Origin: an uncultured Gammaproteobacteria bacterium
GTDB lineage: Bacteria; Patescibacteriota; Microgenomatia; UBA10105; UBA927
Assembly: GCA_964621305.1 (NCBI GenBank)
Contig: CAZUOM010000005.1
Coordinates: 18,647 to 82,646 of the forward strand
Length of the DNA: 64,000 bases
Direction: 5' to 3'
The position numbers and the translations under genes are program-made. The notes beneath the pieces were generated by a model. The model was not told where the DNA came from, made no database searches, and saw only the letters and a list, made by a program, of their open reading frames with translations. This document shows, piece by piece, positions 20,443-30,200 of the stretch. The first letter of the stretch is position 1, and the number at the start of each line of letters is the position of its first letter.

Positions 20443-20703
20443 CTATTCGATTCGAAGTTTGCTTAAAGTAACATTCCAATCTTTTTTCGCTTTTTGCATT
20501 GCTTCTTCTACCGTCATGCCTTGATCCCTATTCCTGCCCCTCTCCCGCGGCATAAGTCCTTCCTCCAGTGCTTCATCCGCTTCCTCACGAAGTTTGGCAA
20601 GCCGCCCCTCAAGCGTCCGCTCTTCTCCAAAGATAGCGGTTTCCCATTGGGATTGAATAACCATGTGGGTATTATTTACCGTGCCTCTGTCTGTTTCTTT
20701 CAT
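20443..20703 (-). CDS. Hypothetical protein, possibly a degenerate MazG-like nucleotide pyrophosphohydrolase
   Basis: 86-aa ORF with W...FG...KLREEADE helix; second acidic motif not evident. Confidence 0.4.
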   Translation of the reverse strand: MKETDRGTVNNTHMVIQSQWETAIFGEERTLEGRLAKLREEADEALEEGLMPRERGRNRDQGMTVEEAMQKAKKDWNVTLSKLRIE

Positions 20704-20769
20704 ACACGATCCCCACTATAATATCGCCAATCCTCGTTATCGGCTGTTCTTGCCACCTATGGTTATTCG

Positions 20770-20988
20770 CTATGTACTCCTTAAATGAATTTTTATCGCC
20801 CATCCTAACCACACTCCGAAGCCGCGTTTGGGAGGGTTGGCGAGCATATCTTCCCACTCTGTCCCGTCCTTGTCGCAATCTGTTTCCTTTACTAATTGTT
20901 CTTCGGGTACGTCTTTGCCAAGGGATAAATAGGCGATACGCAAAGATGCCGGGCCGCAGGACCACTCCAGTTCCTGCTTATACGGCAT
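20770..20988 (-). pseudogene. Truncated C39-like cysteine peptidase
   Basis: QELEWSCGPASL...LGKDVPEEQL...DGT start typical of C39 peptidases, but stops at 72 aa with no catalytic His region. Confidence 0.55.
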
Positions 20989-21029
20989 TATGCAATCTAT
21001 CGCCTTAATGGTTACTCCTCTTATCTACT

Positions 21030-21362
21030 TCATTTCCCCTGTAATTCTCTGGAAATCCTATCCCTTGCACCCATTACCTGATCCGCCATTTCGGCACAAT
21101 CCGAGTATTCGGGCATATTCCCAGTCGCTACCGCAAGTTCGCACCATGCTTTTACATAAGTCTTGTCCAGTTCCCGTGCGTCCAGAGATTCAGCCGTCAG
21201 CCTTCTTATCTTGGCTTCCGCAGCCGACAGGCGGTTAAGAGCATCTATCAACACCCCGCCGGCCGCTGTATTGCCGAAAACAAAAACTGTACCCACGACT
21301 AAATCCCGTTTATGAGTATTCAGAAACTTACCTGCTTCCGTTAGTTTTCCTTTGATTTGCAT
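21030..21362 (-). CDS. Hypothetical protein with one hydrophobic segment
   Basis: 110-aa ORF, AAGGA...GGA upstream, hydrophobic LVVGTVFVFG...GVLI stretch. Confidence 0.55.
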   Translation of the reverse strand: MQIKGKLTEAGKFLNTHKRDLVVGTVFVFGNTAAGGVLIDALNRLSAAEAKIRRLTAESLDARELDKTYVKAWCELAVATGNMPEYSDCAEMADQVMGARDRISRELQGK

Positions 21363-21475
21363 AATCCATCACCATCCTTTCCCAAAGATCGTTTTCGAAA
21401 TTATTAATTACTGTATTCGGATACAAAAATCAAGTGTAATGTTCAAAATTAGCTATTAAGTGTGTTAAACTTAGG

Positions 21476-21625
21476 TTGATTTTACGGGCTGAATGCAAGA
21501 AATGTTCCGGAAAAAAGTTTTGGATGGTCAGAAGAGGTAAGTTGAAGTGTAAAAAATGCGGGTACGAGTTTGTCTCCAGGATTGGAGTAATAAGTCTAAC
21601 GAGGTATCAATGGAGAGCATTTTAA
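21476..21625 (+). mobile_element. Zinc-ribbon fragment resembling an IS1595-family transposase N-terminus
   Basis: Hand translation LILRAECKKCSGKKFWMVRRGKLKCKKCGYEFVSRIGVISLTRYQWRAF*; CxxC...CxxC then W; no DDE domain follows. Confidence 0.5.
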
Positions 21626-21800
21626 ACCGATAAAATCCAGTAAAGACATGCCCCGTGGGGGAAGGACAAGAATATCAACGTCACTTTCCTCCTGCCAAAA
21701 TTGTCCGCGCGAGAGATCCAAAAAAAGCCGCTTTTACCACACCGTACCGCCGCATGATGGGTGTAAGGATATCCGAATACTGTTTGAGTTGCGTCGTCAT
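21620..21800 (-). pseudogene. Frameshifted, truncated minimal nucleotidyltransferase (MNT)
   Basis: MTTQLKQYSDILTPIMRRYGVVKAAFFGSLAR, then in another frame EESDVDILVLPPRGMSLLDFIGLK; similarity ends at the zinc-ribbon fragment. Confidence 0.75.
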
Positions 21801-21835
21801 ACTGTTATTCTACCGATTCTTAATACATGCCGCTT

Positions 21836-22492
21836 TCATGCGGACGCGGATTTCTCTTCTAAAAATTTTTTCCCGTGGCCAATTTTGATATTAATTGGTC
21901 TACCAGCTTTACACAGAGGACAGACCGCCGCATCAAATGCTTCGGCTTTCAGGACGCCGAGAGCAGAAAATGGCGCGCCGACCAAATCTGCGTTGACATG
22001 CTCTGGATCTCGGTTGACCATAACACAAACGGCTACAACGGTACCGCCTGCAGTGCGCACGGCGTCCACGACTTTCTTTACCGACATGCCAGTCGTCGTG
22101 AGATCTTCAATGACTAATACGTTCTTTCCGGGGATAAGCTTGTCATAGCCACGTCGAAATGATTGCTCGCTTTCGACTGCTGAGGCTAGCGTCCCTTTAT
22201 CTTTCTCAGTATAAGCGCTCAGTATTTCTTTCTTTTTCAGCTCGGAAAGGTGATAGGCTACCCACTGTGAAAGAATCGTTCCACCTACGGCTGGCGCAAC
22301 CACTACATCAATTTTCTTGTTTTTAAATTTTTCGGCAAACATTTTCCCTGCCTTTGACGTTTCACCAGTGTGGGGGTAGAGCGCGTCTTTATTGATGTAG
22401 ACGCTCCCATGTTTTCCCGACGTATAGACAAAATGATCATCCACAAGTACCGCTCCTATCTTTTTGAGAATTTGAATAATGCCTTTGTTCAT
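21836..22492 (-). CDS. pyrE: Orotate phosphoribosyltransferase
   Basis: HFVYTSGKHG, PRPP-binding VLVIEDLTTTGMS; last gene of pyr operon. Confidence 0.9.
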   Translation of the reverse strand: MNKGIIQILKKIGAVLVDDHFVYTSGKHGSVYINKDALYPHTGETSKAGKMFAEKFKNKKIDVVVAPAVGGTILSQWVAYHLSELKKKEILSAYTEKDKGTLASAVESEQSFRRGYDKLIPGKNVLVIEDLTTTGMSVKKVVDAVRTAGGTVVAVCVMVNRDPEHVNADLVGAPFSALGVLKAEAFDAAVCPLCKAGRPINIKIGHGKKFLEEKSASA

Positions 22493-22497
22493 ATCAC

Positions 22498-23334
22498 TTA
22501 TCGGTGTCGATTGATTCCTGCTTTTAGCAGTTGCGTGGCTTGTCGTGCTTTTTGAGCAAAATTTTCTCCAGATGATGCGAAAATGATAGCTCGTGAGGAG
22601 TTGATCATCAAGCCGCCTTTTTGGTTGTTAAGGCCTGCCTGAAGGGTTTTTTGAATGTCTCCTCCTTGCGTGCCGATTCCTGGCACAAGGAGCGGCATTT
22701 CGTCTCCCACTATTCGTCGCACAATGGCAAGCTCAGTAGGGTAGGTAGCTGCGACGACTAAACCACAGTTGCCGTTCGTATTCCACTCACGGCTCACCTT
22801 TTCGGCAACTACTTGGTAGAGCGGCTTGCCACCTGTCTTGAGATCCTGCAGCTCTCCTGCCCCTGGATTGGATGTGCGGCACAAAATGATGCAGCCTTTG
22901 TCCTTTCTATCCAAAAACGGCTGAAGTGCTTCGCGGCCAAGATACGGGTGAAGCGTGATGGCATCGACACCAAGGTAATCAAAGGCGTAGGCCACATACC
23001 CCTCGTTTGTGCTCCCAATGTCAGCTCGTTTAGCATCGAGAATAATGGGTATATCCGGATACGTTACGCGTAGGTAATCGCACGTCATTTTTAGCTCTCT
23101 TATGCCCTCTGCCCCGCGCGCTTCATAAAATGCGCTATTCGGTTTATACGCGCAGACGAGGTCATGAGTCGCGTCAATGATGGATTTGTTGAAGGTAAAC
23201 TGGGGCGTTTTGTCCTCTTGTAGACGTTGCGGAATCTTACGAATATCGCTATCTAGCCCCACGCAGACAAGAGAATTATTTTTCTTAACGATCGCATCAA
23301 GTTTCTGCTCAATTGGCCTAGACTTTTTATTCAT
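22498..23334 (-). CDS. pyrF: Orotidine-5'-phosphate decarboxylase
   Basis: CVGLD, YKPNSAFYE, ILDAKRADIGST, CRTSNP, LVPGIGTQGG, NSSR; ATG 23334 overlaps pyrC stop. Confidence 0.95.
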   Translation of the reverse strand: MNKKSRPIEQKLDAIVKKNNSLVCVGLDSDIRKIPQRLQEDKTPQFTFNKSIIDATHDLVCAYKPNSAFYEARGAEGIRELKMTCDYLRVTYPDIPIILDAKRADIGSTNEGYVAYAFDYLGVDAITLHPYLGREALQPFLDRKDKGCIILCRTSNPGAGELQDLKTGGKPLYQVVAEKVSREWNTNGNCGLVVAATYPTELAIVRRIVGDEMPLLVPGIGTQGGDIQKTLQAGLNNQKGGLMINSSRAIIFASSGENFAQKARQATQLLKAGINRHR

Positions 23335-24680
23335 ATTCTGCGAGTAAGCCATTGACCAGAATTTTGTCCCACAATTTTTCCTTTTTCATATACCAGGTTT
23401 CCTCGCAAGAATGTTGCTATTGGCCTACCGATAAGCTTCATTCCTTCATAGGCTGACCAGCGCTGCTTTGTAAATAAATCTTCTTTTTTTACAACCCAAG
23501 GTGTTTTCAGATCGACAATGGTGAAATCCGCATCGTTACCTATATTTATACCAGATTTTTGTGGATATCCAAAAAACTTGGCTACATTAGTTGAACTACA
23601 ACGAGCAAGACGGATTAGTCCTTCTTCAAGAGTATCAAGTCCAAACGTTTTTACCCAGCCAGTCAAAAAAGCCGCGACGCTTTCTTGTATTCCAGGGGTG
23701 CCGCTAACCGCCTTCCAGATATCTCCCTTTTTCTCGCTTAATGGATGTGGAGTGTGTTCAGAACAAATCCCATCTACCATACCCTGCCGAACCATTTGCC
23801 ACAACTGTCGCGTTTCTTTTACGCCTCGAAGCGCAGGACATACTTTGATTAGCTTGCCATATTTCTTGTAATCTCTTGTACTGAAAAACAACTGGTAGAC
23901 AGCAATCTCTCCTCCTGTCTGAATCCCTTGTTTTCGGCCATAAGCTATAGCCTCAAATTCTCCTTGCGTACTTGCATGAAGAATCCATAACTTTGTACCA
24001 AAGTGTTTAGCCAAAACTATCGCTTCCCATGACGCCATTTCTACCACAAGCTCACTCCGAGCTTCTGAGTACGCCAACATGTCCATGCGTCCGGCCTTTT
24101 TATATGCCTTTTCACGGCTCGTGACTAGATCTTGATTTTCAGCATGCACAAGAACCGGAAATGAACGTCTCGCCGCTATCTCCCAAATACGTGCTTGGTC
24201 AGAAAGCTTAGGAATCGTCGTTGGCGTCGTCTGATGCCCTGCTGTAAATACTTTGACACCAGTGATTTCTCTGGGATCGACTTTCTCAAGTTCTGGTATA
24301 TCAGAAACAGAAACACCGAAATTAATGGCAAAATCACAGTATGAATTCTTTTTATAGCGTTCGATCTGTTCATGAAGTAATTTAACTGTGGTTGTCGGAG
24401 GAAGCACATTGGGCATGTCAAAAACTGTTGTGAATCCGCCAGCCAAAGCTGCCCGAGACCCATGAGCTATTGTTTCTTTATGTTCGAGTCCAGGCTCCCG
24501 AAAATGTGCGTGTGTTTCAATAAGTCCCGGAAGTACATATTTCCCATTGGCATCAAAGAACTGGGCTTCGTCACCTGGATGTGAACTGATTTGTTTAATT
24601 TTGCCTTTTTCAATGCGAATGCCTCCCAGAATGATTTTGTCTGCGGTCACTATACGTGCGTTTTTAATACCCTTGATCAT
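23331..24680 (-). CDS. pyrC: Dihydroorotase-family cyclic amidohydrolase (variant active site)
   Basis: PGLIETHAHFREPG, GGFTTVFDMPN, GVKVF, HAEN, LHAST, and SEHTPH in place of (S/T)DHAPH; operon context. Confidence 0.85.
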   Translation of the reverse strand: MIKGIKNARIVTADKIILGGIRIEKGKIKQISSHPGDEAQFFDANGKYVLPGLIETHAHFREPGLEHKETIAHGSRAALAGGFTTVFDMPNVLPPTTTVKLLHEQIERYKKNSYCDFAINFGVSVSDIPELEKVDPREITGVKVFTAGHQTTPTTIPKLSDQARIWEIAARRSFPVLVHAENQDLVTSREKAYKKAGRMDMLAYSEARSELVVEMASWEAIVLAKHFGTKLWILHASTQGEFEAIAYGRKQGIQTGGEIAVYQLFFSTRDYKKYGKLIKVCPALRGVKETRQLWQMVRQGMVDGICSEHTPHPLSEKKGDIWKAVSGTPGIQESVAAFLTGWVKTFGLDTLEEGLIRLARCSSTNVAKFFGYPQKSGINIGNDADFTIVDLKTPWVVKKEDLFTKQRWSAYEGMKLIGRPIATFLRGNLVYEKGKIVGQNSGQWLTRRI

Positions 24681-24687
24681 TCTAATT

Positions 24688-26340
24688 CTAATGGGTAGCC
24701 AGTGTAACGACAGGTACTTTTTTTATTTGTAGTTTTCCTTTTTCTTTATAAACTACGATGTTTTTCTGCCATTCACTCTTTATTTTAGGATAGTCCGACC
24801 TAAAATGAGCTCCTCGACTTTCTTTTCGCTCAAGAGCTGCATGAATGATGATTTTTGCAACCACAAGCATTTCTTGTGTCTCCAACGTACTTTGAAGTGT
24901 ATCTAGTGTTGCTTTTAAATTATTTGCTTTCTTTTGAAGATCTTCTACAACTCTTTTAGCTTTTACTAAGCTATTTTTGTTTCGTACGATTCCTACAAAA
25001 TCCCACATTGTTTGTTTAAGTTTGGACATCAACTCTTCAAAACTCGCGCCATTGGGTTTATTCAATAATTTCTGAATACGATTATATTCTGAGTTTACTT
25101 TTGACTTAGGAATATCTGGGAATTTCTGCGATTTTATATACCATGCCGCCCGTAAGCCACAACGCCTGCCAAATACTTGTAGTTCAGCTAGTGAATTCCC
25201 CCCCAGCCTATTGGCTCCATGCACTCCTCCGGCGACCTCGCCACAGGAAAAAAAACCGGCAACTGTGCTCTCTCCCCACTCGTTTATCTTCACTCCTCCC
25301 ATAACATGGTGCATTGTAGGAGTTATTTCCATGCGCTCTTTGGCTATATCGACGCCTATTTTTCGATATTTCTCTTGGACATCTGGAATGAGTTTGATTA
25401 TTTCCTGACGAGAGAGGTGAGTAACGTCGAGCCACACCCCACCATTTTGGGTCCCTCTTCCCTCTTTTATTTCCGTATAGATAGCTCGGGTCACCTCGTC
25501 TCGACCTGCTAGTTCTAATCGCTCTGGCTGATACTTTTTCATAAATCGTTCGTTTTTTGAGTTCCATAGAGTTCCCTTATGTCCACGAACTTTTTCTGTG
25601 ATTAAACTCCCCCTCACCGATGGGGGAAATACCATACCAGTAGGGTGGAATTGAATCATTTCCATGTCCACAAGTTTTGCACCGATATCGTAGGCATACG
25701 CGTACCCTTCTCCAGTATTACTCGGTTCATTTGACGTAACCAGATATAGTTGACCAGCCCCGCCTGAGCTTAAAACGACAGCTTTAGCTTTAAATAAAGT
25801 GAATTCTTTATGCGCAGTGTCATAGGCAAACGCTCCTGCGGCTTTTCCATGGGAGGTAAATATTTTTGTCACGTAGTAGTTTGAGTAAAAAGGAACCTTT
25901 CGACGTTTGATTTCGCGAGCCAAACCCTTCATTATTTCTCGGCCGGTGTAGTCACCTACACAAAGGTTTAAGGGTGCAGACTGTTTACCCCCTGCCCAGG
26001 TATAAAACGTGCCATCGGGTAGTCGATCAAAACGGACGCCATAGGATTCAAGATCATAAATCCTATCAGGCATCTCTCGAGTAAAGATATCAACCAAGAC
26101 TTGATTGTTAATAAGCGCTCCTCCCTTTATAGTGTCATCATAGTGCTGTTTAGGCGTGGCTGGCGCTTTAATTGCAACATTAAGGCCACCCATAGCTTTT
26201 TCTGTATGGGCCCTGCCGAAGGGTTCTTTCGAGATTATAGCTATTTTTACTTTCTCGCTAGACGCCTCAATGGCTGCCCGCAAACCAGCGCCGCCTGCGC
26301 CGATTATCAGAAGATCGGTGATTATTGTTTTATACTTCAT
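24688..26340 (-). CDS. Stand-alone succinate dehydrogenase/fumarate reductase/L-aspartate oxidase-family flavoprotein in the pyr operon
   Basis: IIGAGGAG, AHT (covalent-FAD His), QFHPTG, ITE, ELAGRD, PTMHHVMGG, HGANRLGGNSL, RKESRGAHFRSDYP; no Fe-S or membrane subunit gene nearby. Confidence 0.9.
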   Translation of the reverse strand: MKYKTIITDLLIIGAGGAGLRAAIEASSEKVKIAIISKEPFGRAHTEKAMGGLNVAIKAPATPKQHYDDTIKGGALINNQVLVDIFTREMPDRIYDLESYGVRFDRLPDGTFYTWAGGKQSAPLNLCVGDYTGREIMKGLAREIKRRKVPFYSNYYVTKIFTSHGKAAGAFAYDTAHKEFTLFKAKAVVLSSGGAGQLYLVTSNEPSNTGEGYAYAYDIGAKLVDMEMIQFHPTGMVFPPSVRGSLITEKVRGHKGTLWNSKNERFMKKYQPERLELAGRDEVTRAIYTEIKEGRGTQNGGVWLDVTHLSRQEIIKLIPDVQEKYRKIGVDIAKERMEITPTMHHVMGGVKINEWGESTVAGFFSCGEVAGGVHGANRLGGNSLAELQVFGRRCGLRAAWYIKSQKFPDIPKSKVNSEYNRIQKLLNKPNGASFEELMSKLKQTMWDFVGIVRNKNSLVKAKRVVEDLQKKANNLKATLDTLQSTLETQEMLVVAKIIIHAALERKESRGAHFRSDYPKIKSEWQKNIVVYKEKGKLQIKKVPVVTLATH

Positions 26341-26347
26341 TTTCCTC

Positions 26348-27280
26348 TTACAACATAAGCGCTAGGAGGGCCATACGCACGTACATACCGTTTCGCATTT
26401 GTTCGGTTATATAGACAGCTCGCCTATCTTGATCGCTGTCCATCGTAATTTCACCAACTCTGGGAAACGGATGCATGACAATTGCTGTTTTTTTCATTTT
26501 CGCCAAGATTTTGGGTGTCACAACATAACGATGTTTCAGTTTTTCGTAGAGCTCAAAATCAGAAAATCGTTCTTTTTGAACACGAGTAACATATAAAACG
26601 TCCGTTTCAGAAAGAATCGGATCAAGATTCTCATATTCAGAAAAGTTGACTTTCCGCTCTTTAAGAAGAGCAAGGAGAGTGGGCGATACGCGCAAATGGT
26701 CCGGCGAGACAAAATTGAGTTTCACGCCTTTATAGAGCGATACGAGTTTGGCAAGAGAATGGATGGTTCTGCCATTGTACATATCGCCAATCATGCTGAT
26801 CGCAAGGCCCCCCAACTTTGGAAAATGGCGGGTAATCGTATAAAAATCGAGAAGCGCCTGGGTCGGATGCTCGCCTATGCCATCTCCGGCGTTTATGACT
26901 GGTTTTTGGCAAAATTCAGAGGCGATCTTGGCAGAGCCTACTTCCGGGTGACGGATCACGATAATATCGGAAAAACTTTCGAAAGTCCGCACAGTATCTG
27001 GCAGCGACTCACCCTTTGAGACGGAGGAATAGGTCACGCCTTGCAAAGGAATAATACTGCCTCCAAGCCGTTGCATAGCGGCAATGAATGACCCAAATGT
27101 CCTGCTTGATGGCTCGTAAAAGAGCGCTGTCATAACCTTTCCTCTGAGTTGATCATTGCCTCCTTTTGTTTCAACAAGCCGTTTCATTCGACTAGCCTGC
27201 TCGACCACTATATCAAGGTCATACGTACTAAACTGCTCCGCACTCAAGATGTCGTGGTGGGAAAAATTATTTTTAGCCAT
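26348..27280 (-). CDS. pyrB: Aspartate carbamoyltransferase catalytic subunit
   Basis: FYEPSSRT, SKGES, INAGDG, HPTQALLD, TRVQKERF, MHPFPR. Confidence 0.96.
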   Translation of the reverse strand: MAKNNFSHHDILSAEQFSTYDLDIVVEQASRMKRLVETKGGNDQLRGKVMTALFYEPSSRTFGSFIAAMQRLGGSIIPLQGVTYSSVSKGESLPDTVRTFESFSDIIVIRHPEVGSAKIASEFCQKPVINAGDGIGEHPTQALLDFYTITRHFPKLGGLAISMIGDMYNGRTIHSLAKLVSLYKGVKLNFVSPDHLRVSPTLLALLKERKVNFSEYENLDPILSETDVLYVTRVQKERFSDFELYEKLKHRYVVTPKILAKMKKTAIVMHPFPRVGEITMDSDQDRRAVYITEQMRNGMYVRMALLALML

Positions 27281-30200
27281 AGGCCTCCTTCCGCTGTTGA
27301 ACCCGATAATACCACTCCAGTGGTTTCACAGGAACTGACGCAATAGCAAAGCGTGACGTTGCCAAAATAAAATAAGTCGCCGTTTGCGTTGAGGTAAAAA
27401 CGGGAATACCGGCATCGATTGCGACTCGACGCATACGATAGCCTTCTGTCTCGACATGATATCCATTAACATTGTCTGGCTTCTCTTGTCTCGGTACAAT
27501 TACTGCAAAATCGATCGCTTTTTGCTCTAATAAATCCAAGACGTTGGGACGACGATCCGTTACTTTTCCAATCCTGGTTGCGTCTATTCCATTTTCTCTG
27601 AGAAAAAGCGAAGTTGCGTCTGTTGCATATATCCTAAATCCTTTGGAAGCCAGCTTCTGGCAGCCATATAATAATTGAAGTTTATTTCGGCTCCCTCCGA
27701 GACTAATCAGTACTGCTTTTTTAGTAGGAAATGCCACGCCAGTAGAAAGAATTGCTTTAAAATAGGCCTCAAGTGGATCAAGTCCAAAGGAAGCAACCTC
27801 GCCGGTTGAGCGCATCTCAACGGCCAGTATCGGATCGGAACCTCGCAGCTTATGGAATGAAAACTGCGGTACTTTGACACCAACAAACGGCTGCTGATTA
27901 ATCGAGTTTTTAGGTGTAGGAAGGTCAAGGATGACCTTTGTGGCTAGTTCAATGAAGTTATCGCCGCTAGTTTTACTCACAAATGGCATGCTTCGGGAAG
28001 CTCGCAAATTACACTCGATCACGTATGTCAAATCTTGTCCGATTATAAACTGAATATTAAACGGGCCGTGTATATGAAGGCTAGCAGATATTAGTTTTGT
28101 TGCTCTTTCTATAACGCGCCTAGAATCTGCCTCAATCGAAGTTATAGGATACTGAATAGTTGAATCGCCAGAGTGAACACCAGCCGGCTCCACGTGCTCA
28201 GAGATGGCAAGCGCTATAACCTTGCCATTTCTGGAAACTCCGTCAACATCACATTCGCGGCAAGCATCAAGATATTCAGTCATAACCATTGGGTAGGTTT
28301 TCGACACCTCAATCTGATTTTTCAGGTATAAAGCTAGTTCCTGGTCACTGGCGACTACCTTCATAGCTTTACCTGAAAGAACGAAGGAGGGTCGAAGTAT
28401 CACTGGGTAACTTATGCGTCTGGCTTCTGAACGAGCCTGCTTTATACTCGCTACGCTGGCCCACTTAGGTTGGGCGATCTTTAACTTATCTAAGAGTAAA
28501 CTAAAAGTCCGTCTATCTTCAGCCCTCCTGACATCAACCGATTGGGTCCCTAAAATCGGCACACCGTAGTCGGACAAGCCGCGTGTCAAATTATTGGGTA
28601 TTTGTCCGCCAACCGCACAGACAAACGGAGCTTTTTCAATATCATATATATCTAGCACCCGCTCTAAGGTTAGCTCTTCAAAGTATAGCTTGTCAGAATA
28701 GTCATAGTCCGTTGAGACGGTTTCGGGATTGCAGTTGACCATAATCGTCCCAAAGCCACGATCGCGAAGCGTTTTTATGGTATTGACAGCGCACCAATCA
28801 AATTCTACCGACGTTCCAATGGCGTATGGACCGGCTCCAACTACCACGATCTGTTTTTCTTTATGAAGGGGAATCTCGTCACTGGTTTTGGCGTGATAGG
28901 TGAGATAGAGGTAATTGGTTTGGGCTGGAAACTCTCCAGCTAGGGTATCGATTCGCTTAACATATGGGACAATTCCTGCTCGTTTTCTTTTTACTCTTAT
29001 GCTATCAGCGTTGGTTTTACGAAGGAGGGCTATTTGCTCATCGCAAAACCCATATTGCTTGGCTATTTTCAGAAGTTTTGCTTTAAGTCTCTTGGCATTT
29101 TTGAGCACTTTATAGACACCAACAATGCTAGCAAACTCACTTATATACCAACGGTCAATTTTAGTGATTTTGCTGATTTTATCAATAGAAATCCCCGCTC
29201 GTAGGGACGAACAAATGCTAAATAAACGCATAGAATCGGGTACTTTAAGTTTCTTTTGCAATTCCTGTTTTGACAGTTTCCCGAAACGCGAATCGATAAC
29301 ACCGATAAATCCGTCGTTAAGCATCCGAGCAGCCTTTTGGATCGCCTCGGGAAATGTCCGTCCGATACTCATAACTTCACCAACGCTCTTCATTTCGCTA
29401 CCGATTTCGGTTTTGACTCCCCAAAACTTATCCAGATCCCACCGGGGAATTTTAACTACAATATAGTCCAAACTTGGCTCAAAAAAGGCCGAGGTGACAC
29501 CAGTTATGTTATTTATAAGATCGGGTAATTTCTTACCTAAAGCCAGTTTGGCAGCAATGTAGGCCAGGGGATACCCGGTGGCCTTGGATGCCAGTGCCGA
29601 TGAGCGAGAAAGTCGAGCGTTGACTTCGATGATACGGATATCGTCGTGCTTAGGGTGAATAGCAAATTGTATGTTACACTCACCAATGACTCCAAGATTA
29701 CGGATAACATCTATCGATATCTGACGCAGCCGATAATATACCTTATCGTTAAGCGTCTGGGAGGGTGCAACCACAATCGATTCTCCAGTATGGACACCAA
29801 CTGGATCCATGTTTTCCATATTACAAACGGTAATACAATTATCTTTTCCGTCGCGCACCACCTCATACTCCACCTCTTTCCAACCCCATAAGCTTTCTTC
29901 AAGGTACACTTGAGAACTCGTTGCCAAGGCAAAACTAAGGATTTTAGTTAGTTCGATGCTGTTTCTTGCAATGCCGCTTCCCGTTCCTCCTAAAGCAAAC
30001 CCGGACCGAACCATGACGGGGTAACCGATACGTTTAGCAACTGTTAGTCCCATGCCTGTAGTAGTCACCGTTTGACCTTTTGCCGTGGCAATACCAATTC
30101 TGGCCAGGCGCTTGGCGAACCGATGACGATCTTCTGTTGTCAGAATTGCTTCAATTGGTGTTCCCAGAATGGCAACATGATGTTTTTCCAGGATGCCGCT

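Noticed and set aside
21648-22148. 166-aa plus-strand ORF and similar long antisense ORFs (33513-34112, 37291-37815, 7631-8158)
   Set aside because: Antisense to well-supported genes and without recognisable motifs
24688-26340. Calling the flavoprotein sdhA, frdA or nadB
   Set aside because: No Fe-S or anchor subunits and no nadA/nadC nearby, and the specificity loop matches neither RxFGG nor REGGH
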